From Candidatus Anaerostipes excrementavium (lineage in GTDB: Bacteria; Bacillota; Clostridia; Lachnospirales; Lachnospiraceae): a stretch of DNA of 64,000 nt. The position numbers and the translations under genes are program-made. Location: assembly GCA_019114985.1 (NCBI GenBank), contig DXEM01000007.1:21077-85076 (forward strand), in the 5' to 3' direction. The notes beneath the pieces were generated by a model. The model did no database searches. It saw nothing but the letters and a program-made list of their open reading frames with translations, and was not told the DNA's origin. This document shows positions 58,657 to 64,000 of this stretch, in pieces; positions within the stretch are counted from its first letter, which is position 1, and each line of letters begins with the position of its first letter.

Positions 58657-59020
58657 ATCCTTTCATTTCTTGTTCGATCCAGCGCATGATTACATTGACC
58701 AGATATTCTTTCTGTCGGAAAGTCAGTTCTCTTCCCGGGCTTATTTTATGCCACTTTTTGATACATCCTCTGCAGCAAGTGGCCGTGGCATGCTGAGCAA
58801 TGAATACCGGGTGCCCTCGCATCGGCGTCTGCTTTCCATCGTTCGGAATCTTCTCGGGCGCAATCCGACGTTCTATGAATTCCGAAGCATGTGCTCGGAT
58901 CTCTTCCATTCCCTTCTCCCGGACATATTCTTTCTCTTTGTCTTTCAAATGAAATCGACTGCGGAATTTGGATCTTAAGAGCCGCTCAAACAATTGCCGC
59001 ATCCATTCTTCCTCTGTCAT
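58655..59020 (-). CDS. DUF4186-family protein
   Basis: SKFRSRFHL, NDGKQTPMRGHPVFIAQHATATCCRGCIKKWH. Confidence 0.85.
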   Translation of the reverse strand: MTEEEWMRQLFERLLRSKFRSRFHLKDKEKEYVREKGMEEIRAHASEFIERRIAPEKIPNDGKQTPMRGHPVFIAQHATATCCRGCIKKWHKISPGRELTFRQKEYLVNVIMRWIEQEMKG

Positions 59021-59072
59021 TTCCTCATCTCCTGTCTTCCTCTAACGATCATCAATATCTATGAAATGCAGC

Positions 59073-59936
59073 TTATAAAAGATGATATTTATTCAGCAGC
59101 TCTTCACAATAATTTTGATCTCTCAGCATCTCTAATTCTCCGGTTTTTCCTTGCTGTATCAGAATTCCAATTAATTTTGAAACTGATTGAATTCCATGAT
59201 TTTTTCCAGTTTTTATTCCTTTTTCTATTCCCTTATTTTCAATCTGATCTAATATTGCGCACATATTAGCTTCCTCCTTATCTTTTTCATCGAGTTTCAC
59301 TTCCAAAAAGCGATGATCTTCTGTAAATACTGCCATAAACTTTAACATCTCATCCACATGCTTAATTTTCCTGGTGGTTCCTCTGTATTGTTCGCCTTTT
59401 CTCTGTGCAGCAAAGAATTCCGCAATGATTCGAAAGTCACTTTGGAACATCTGGATTTGTTCATCTGTGAGCCAGGAGATCTCGAATACATGAATCTTAT
59501 AATCCATTCCATGCAGTTTCGTTATCTCAGGCATTGCTTCTGTCAAAGCCTTTGGTTTTGTCCATCTCTCTTCTCCAAAATATAATACTAAAGTGATAAC
59601 CGGACATTGTTTCCCTTTCCATGATGTTAGAATCTGGCTGCGATAAGAGCTGCCATCATAGCTGAGCACTCTTAATGGCATACTGTAATCTTTTGCGATT
59701 TGATTTTCAATTCCAAGCAGCGCCTTATGCTTTCCATTGGACCAAAGTTTCAACAAGTCTCTTCTTTCCTCATGTATTCTGCCGGTATCTGCTTTGTATT
59801 GTGATTCATTTTCCGTATTTGACAGATCGTCCTCTCTTATAATCTGTTTGCCTTGGAAAAGCAGTACATTATAAATATCCGCAAATACATCCGGACAGTC
59901 TTCCAGCAGCTTTTGTACAAGATCTTTTTCTCCCAT
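59073..59936 (-). CDS. Rpn-family PD-(D/E)XK nuclease ('putative transposase') with an internal RpnS start at 59264
   Basis: DVFADIYN, RD...GIENQ, MPLRVLSYD, PVITLVLYFG; internal TAAGGAGG-9 nt-ATG. Confidence 0.85.
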   Translation of the reverse strand: MGEKDLVQKLLEDCPDVFADIYNVLLFQGKQIIREDDLSNTENESQYKADTGRIHEERRDLLKLWSNGKHKALLGIENQIAKDYSMPLRVLSYDGSSYRSQILTSWKGKQCPVITLVLYFGEERWTKPKALTEAMPEITKLHGMDYKIHVFEISWLTDEQIQMFQSDFRIIAEFFAAQRKGEQYRGTTRKIKHVDEMLKFMAVFTEDHRFLEVKLDEKDKEEANMCAILDQIENKGIEKGIKTGKNHGIQSVSKLIGILIQQGKTGELEMLRDQNYCEELLNKYHLL

Positions 59937-60189
59937 ATAATGCCTCCTTTTGTGATTTTGGGATACAAAATCACCCGAAGTGCCGGCAGATTCTGTATCT
60001 ATCTTTGTGTTCAGCTTGAGAAAATCGGCAGATCTGCCGTATAAATGCATATAGATATGCGTATCAGAACATTCGATAAATACAGTCTAACACAGCTGGA
60101 GTCTCAGTACAATATAAAATTTACTTTTATTTCCATATATTTATTATACATTCTATCATAAAAATATTTATATGTAAAGAATCTTAATA

Positions 60190-60357
60190 TTACTGGCCTA
60201 ATTCTCTTAACAATCTCCCATTCTTTGTTTTCCATGTATGAGGACCACTAGCACCATAACCAAGAATAAAATCTGCTGCCGCTGATGAACTCGAAAATAA
60301 GGTAAATTCAATTAGTTTACCATAAGCCAATTTATCGTCACCACCGTTCAATTTCAT
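60190..60357 (-). pseudogene. DUF4357/RAMA-domain remnant (55 aa)
   Basis: Manual translation: LFSSSSAAADFILGYGASGPHTWKTKNGRLLREL. Confidence 0.6.
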
Positions 60358-60541
60358 TCATAAAAACCTTATAAATATCATACACAATTCACACTCAAAT
60401 TTCGATCATTTTTGATAGTTATTTTTAAATTGAATTTCATTAAAATTTACACATACAACATCGTAAAAAGATCCAATATATTGTCAAAATTTTATCTATA
60501 TTATAAAAGCACCTATCTCTTGATAGATGCTCTAAGCTCTA

Positions 60542-61261
60542 CTATTCAAAAATAACAGATATAAGTACTATCCTTACTCTCTCACTATCATCTACTACTC
60601 CATTTGTTGATAACATACAACCCGTATTTGAGATACTATCAGCTTCCAGATTATCATAATAAACTTTGATATAACCAAATTCTACACCTAAATTTTTATA
60701 ATATGGATCAGTTTCAAAATATATTGGCTCTGTTCCTCGATCAACAATTTGTATAGGAACGTTACTTTCAGCTGCTAATCTACAAGTTTCCCAAACAATC
60801 AACTCTGCATATGATGATTCTGGATTCTCTTCTATTTTTTGAACTGTAAGGCCATACTCAATCATATATGGCAAGTAGAATTCCAGCATTTCTTTTGTCC
60901 AATATGTCCCAACATTCCAACAAATAACCATATCATATGAATAGTTTTCTTTTAAATAGTTTCTAAACGCACTTTCAGCGATATCTCCCTCAATAAATTG
61001 GACCTGACTTTCAATACCTTCGCTTTCGACTAATTCCTTTGCTTTACTAATACAAAATGAGTTCTTATCCACAGAAATAACTGTGTGTCCCGCCTCAACT
61101 AATGCTAACGTACTGTATCCCGTACCGCAACCAATTTCTAATATAGTTTTATATTCAGTAAGTTTTTCTGCCATCCAGTCATATCTCTTGGTCTCATAAA
61201 AATATTTTGCACTTTTATCCCACTTCTTGGCATATAAAATTTCTTGCTCCATATAAATCAC
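60542..61261 (-). CDS. Class I SAM-dependent methyltransferase
   Basis: ILEIGCGTG, ISVD, FIEGD. Confidence 0.85.
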   Translation of the reverse strand: MIYMEQEILYAKKWDKSAKYFYETKRYDWMAEKLTEYKTILEIGCGTGYSTLALVEAGHTVISVDKNSFCISKAKELVESEGIESQVQFIEGDIAESAFRNYLKENYSYDMVICWNVGTYWTKEMLEFYLPYMIEYGLTVQKIEENPESSYAELIVWETCRLAAESNVPIQIVDRGTEPIYFETDPYYKNLGVEFGYIKVYYDNLEADSISNTGCMLSTNGVVDDSERVRIVLISVIFE

Positions 61262-61334
61262 ATCCTTTTTATTTGATGTATTAATAATATCATGTCAATA
61301 AGACTTTTAAAACTCTTTTAGTGTAAAACTAAAC

Positions 61335-61800
61335 TCATCGGCCACAGTCCTCTGTAAGAAGTATCCTTCTCCATTTTGCTTTGAGCCCTCCCACATACGT
61401 TTCTGCATTTTTAAGTTCCGCTGTCTCAATATCAAAATAATCCACCGAAAGTTTATCCCGTTTGGAATAGACTGTCAATTTCTTAAACCATGTGGCAATC
61501 ACAGAAAACGCAACAAAACTATTCACAGTCTTAAAGCATCCTTCTCTATATTCGTAAACATTCTGAAATATCTGCGGACACCAGATTACGTCTGACTAGT
61601 ACTACTTTGGTAATGACATCTCATCTGGAAATAAATGTGCCCGGAAATAACATAATGTTATCAGCCGACCAATATTTCTAAATAATATTATCTTTTATAA
61701 TATCATTAACAAAATCACATTGTGTGCAGATCCATGTATCACCATAAGAATTGAATCCTGGCTGTTCATTTAAATGAACAGCACACTCATCACTAAATCT
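61335..61800 (-). pseudogene. Decayed ORF fragments, including a zinc-ribbon remnant
   Basis: DEC..HLNEQPGF...WICTQCDFVNDI fragment; a second frame carries two in-frame stops before the 63-aa ORF. Confidence 0.4.
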
Positions 61801-61865
61801 TCAAATGATAACCATTTATAATTCCTCTAAAATGTCTCCAAACAAGTCCTTACAGCAACCTCTTC

Positions 61866-62150
61866 TTAGTTTAACATCATTCTCAACTTCTTATATGTTT
61901 CTTTCACAATTCTGCGAAAATCTCGTTCTTTCTCCACCTCATCACCAGGCTCTTCCACATTAACAATGCAACAGTCCGGAATAGCCTTCGAAAAAATTTC
62001 ATAAAATCGTGTATCCACAATCAAATAAGCATATCTGGAATAAAATGATTCTGTCGCTATAGTATATTCTTCTTTTGTTATTTTCCCATCCAGATACTGT
62101 TCCATTTGATGCAGCAATGCACTCTGCACTTTTTTTGCATTCACACACAT
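61866..62150 (-). CDS. Small helical protein, CdiI/colicin-D-immunity-like (tentative)
   Basis: SD AAAGGA; LLHQMEQYLDGKITKEEY pattern; 94 aa. Confidence 0.45.
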   Translation of the reverse strand: MCVNAKKVQSALLHQMEQYLDGKITKEEYTIATESFYSRYAYLIVDTRFYEIFSKAIPDCCIVNVEEPGDEVEKERDFRRIVKETYKKLRMMLN

Positions 62151-62240
62151 ATCCTTTCTGCCTAAAAAAAGTTCCAAAGATGTTCTCGTATATCACCTAT
62201 TTTTATTACCGGTTCTATATTCTGGCTCCCCTTTTCTTCT

Positions 62241-62549
62241 TTACCTCCCCTTCATATTCCTCCTCTCATTCATCACTCGTACTATATTTACCGTTCTTTT
62301 TTCTCTTTTTACTTGATAGAATACCAGCTGTTTTCCTTCTGGATAGTATCTTACCCCTTGGCTTTTCCATGGTTCTTCTCTATAGATTGGATGCCTCATT
62401 GGCATTTCGTCCAGCAACCGGATGCTTTTCATGATTTTTTTTACTTGCTTTACTGCTATTTCTGGTTCGTGCACCTCATATGCCATATATTCATATATGT
62501 CTCTTATATCTCGTCTTGCCTGATCAGAGTATTTTATCTTCCATTTCAT
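62241..62549 (-). CDS. ParE/RelE-family toxin
   Basis: IKYSDQARRDIRDIYEY, PEIA, LDEMPMRH, LVFY, VNIVRV. Confidence 0.85.
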   Translation of the reverse strand: MKWKIKYSDQARRDIRDIYEYMAYEVHEPEIAVKQVKKIMKSIRLLDEMPMRHPIYREEPWKSQGVRYYPEGKQLVFYQVKREKRTVNIVRVMNERRNMKGR

Positions 62550-64000
62550 ATTCCGTAATCTTTCTTCATCTCGGCTTCTACTTGTTCTGCCGTGTAGACT
62601 CTGCCTTCCTGTATATCGTCCATTCCTTTCTTCAATTCTTCGTCTATCTGTTCTTTGGTAAATGGGAAATCTTCTTTGCTTTCTTCCGTTTTTCTGCTTA
62701 AGAGAGCGACCGTTTCCACATGCACTGTCCCTGGGAACATATCAACGCATCCTGCTTTTTCTACCTGATATCCTGCTTCTTTTAGGATTTCCAAATCTCT
62801 TGCCAGGCTGGTTGGTTTACAGCTGATGTAGACCATTTTTTCTACGCCGTATCCGATGATTTTTGGCAGTGCTTTTGGATGGATTCCGTCTCTTGGCGGG
62901 TCCAGAACGATAAAGTCTGGCTTTTCCTCCAGATCATCCAATACCTTTAACACATCTCCGGCGATGAATTCGCAGTTAGTAAGACCATTGAGTTCTGCGT
63001 TTTCTTTTGCCGCTTCTACGGCTTCCTCTACGATTTCTACTCCGACGACTTTCTTTGCCACGGAAGCCAGCATCTGGGCGATGGTTCCGGTTCCGCTGTA
63101 CAGATCAAAAATCACCTGATCTTTTGTTTCTCCGATATAGTCTCTGGCGGTTTCATACAGAACTTCTGCGCCCAGAGAGTTGGTCTGGAAGAAAGAAAAT
63201 GGTGAGATTTTAAATTTTAGCCCTAGAATTTCCTCATAAAAATAATCTTGTCCATATAATGTTTCCATAGAATCTGCTTGTACCACGTCTGCCAGGCTGT
63301 CATTAATTGTATGCAGAATACCTACAATCTGACCTTGCAATTGCAGATCTAACAATGCCTCTCTTACCTTGCCAAGATCGGCTTGGGCCTGGGAGGTGGT
63401 GACCAGATTGATCAAAATGTCCCCGGAACATTCTGCTCTTCGCACAACCAGATGTCTCCAAAATCCTTCGTGGCGCATTTTGTGATAAAATGGAAGCCCC
63501 ATGTCTTTGACGACATTTAATACACATTGAACGATCAAATTGTAATCGTTATCCACAATCTTGCATCCTGTAATGTTTACAATATCATGAAATGTATTTT
63601 TCTTGTGCATTCCCAGTGCCAGCGGTCCGTCTTTGATTTCATCTCCGAAAGAGAATTCCATCTTGTTTCGATATGCCCATGGTTTGGGGCTTCCTTTGAT
63701 TCCATCCCAGTTTTCATCGGATACATAGTCCTTTAACAGCTCTCTGACCTGCATTTCTTTGATCTTTAACTGATTTTCATAAGAAACCGTCTGGTAAAAG
63801 CAGCCGCCGCAAGCGCCGAAGTGTTCGCAGGACGGTGCTACGTCTTCTAATTCTGACGGCTCGAGGACCTCCATCAGTCGGATCTGACCGCCGTTTTTTC
63901 TTTTTTTCGTTACCTGTCCCCGGACTTTCTGTCCGCGGATGACACCTTTTACTGTGATTTTTCGATCTTCATATAAAAAAGATCCTTTGTTGGGAAATTC
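62546..64000 (-). CDS. rlmD: 23S rRNA (uracil-5)-methyltransferase with a 48-aa antitoxin-like C-terminal extension; 5' end beyond the window
   Basis: Frame open to 64000 (TRAM-like); C..F..CGGC, YRNK, SFFQTN, DLYSGTG, LDPPR, YISC, DMFP..HVETV. Confidence 0.93.
   Translation of the reverse strand, partial: EFPNKGSFLYEDRKITVKGVIRGQKVRGQVTKKRKNGGQIRLMEVLEPSELEDVAPSCEHFGACGGCFYQTVSYENQLKIKEMQVRELLKDYVSDENWDGIKGSPKPWAYRNKMEFSFGDEIKDGPLALGMHKKNTFHDIVNITGCKIVDNDYNLIVQCVLNVVKDMGLPFYHKMRHEGFWRHLVVRRAECSGDILINLVTTSQAQADLGKVREALLDLQLQGQIVGILHTINDSLADVVQADSMETLYGQDYFYEEILGLKFKISPFSFFQTNSLGAEVLYETARDYIGETKDQVIFDLYSGTGTIAQMLASVAKKVVGVEIVEEAVEAAKENAELNGLTNCEFIAGDVLKVLDDLEEKPDFIVLDPPRDGIHPKALPKIIGYGVEKMVYISCKPTSLARDLEILKEAGYQVEKAGCVDMFPGTVHVETVALLSRKTEESKEDFPFTKEQIDEELKKGMDDIQEGRVYTAEQVEAEMKKDYGI

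Larger units (their letters stand above)
54001..62722. mobile_element. Decayed accessory island at the rlmD 3' end; no integrase seen; left boundary uncertain
   Basis: Visibly AT-rich, co-oriented orphan genes, pseudogenes, TA remnants at both ends. Confidence 0.6.

Noticed and set aside
1-64000. CRISPR arrays, tRNA/rRNA genes, integrase or intact IS transposase
   Set aside because: No regularly spaced repeats, cloverleaf or rRNA signatures, or recombinase/DDE motifs were seen by eye. Rpn is not treated as a true transposase.

Overview
64 kb of a low-GC Gram-positive gut-anaerobe chromosome. Gene content and SD/promoter style suggest Lachnospiraceae/Clostridiales; this is inference. All family assignments come from motifs recognised by eye, with no database search. 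Positions 1-53.6 kb are mostly metabolic and housekeeping genes: an AT-rich TIM/SorE-like sugar module with its GntR, pflBA, treR-treP, citrate synthase, an AmmeMemoRadiSam operon extended by a DUF523/TudS-like gene, a T-box-regulated aspS, nox, dus, glgX, an AraC-melB-alpha-galactosidase-EIIA operon, PadR-MATE, a macro-HTH/vWA/ADP-ribosylglycohydrolase cluster, and an attenuator-controlled ABC-F followed by a CAT-like gene. Positions ~54.0-62.7 kb are an AT-rich, integrase-less, decaying accessory block at the 3' end of rlmD. It holds TA remnants, immunity-like orphans, an 806-aa glycine-zipper protein and an Rpn gene with an internal RpnS start. Top leads: (1) RlmD is fused in frame to a RelB/DinJ-type antitoxin C-terminus and translationally coupled to a ParE/RelE toxin; (2) a writer-less ADP-ribose 'eraser' cluster with a candidate operator for the macro-HTH protein; (3) a uORF/terminator attenuator ahead of the ABC-F; (4) an Asn-specifier T-box on aspS followed by a REP-like structured insert. 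No rRNA, tRNA, CRISPR array, integrase or intact transposase was seen.
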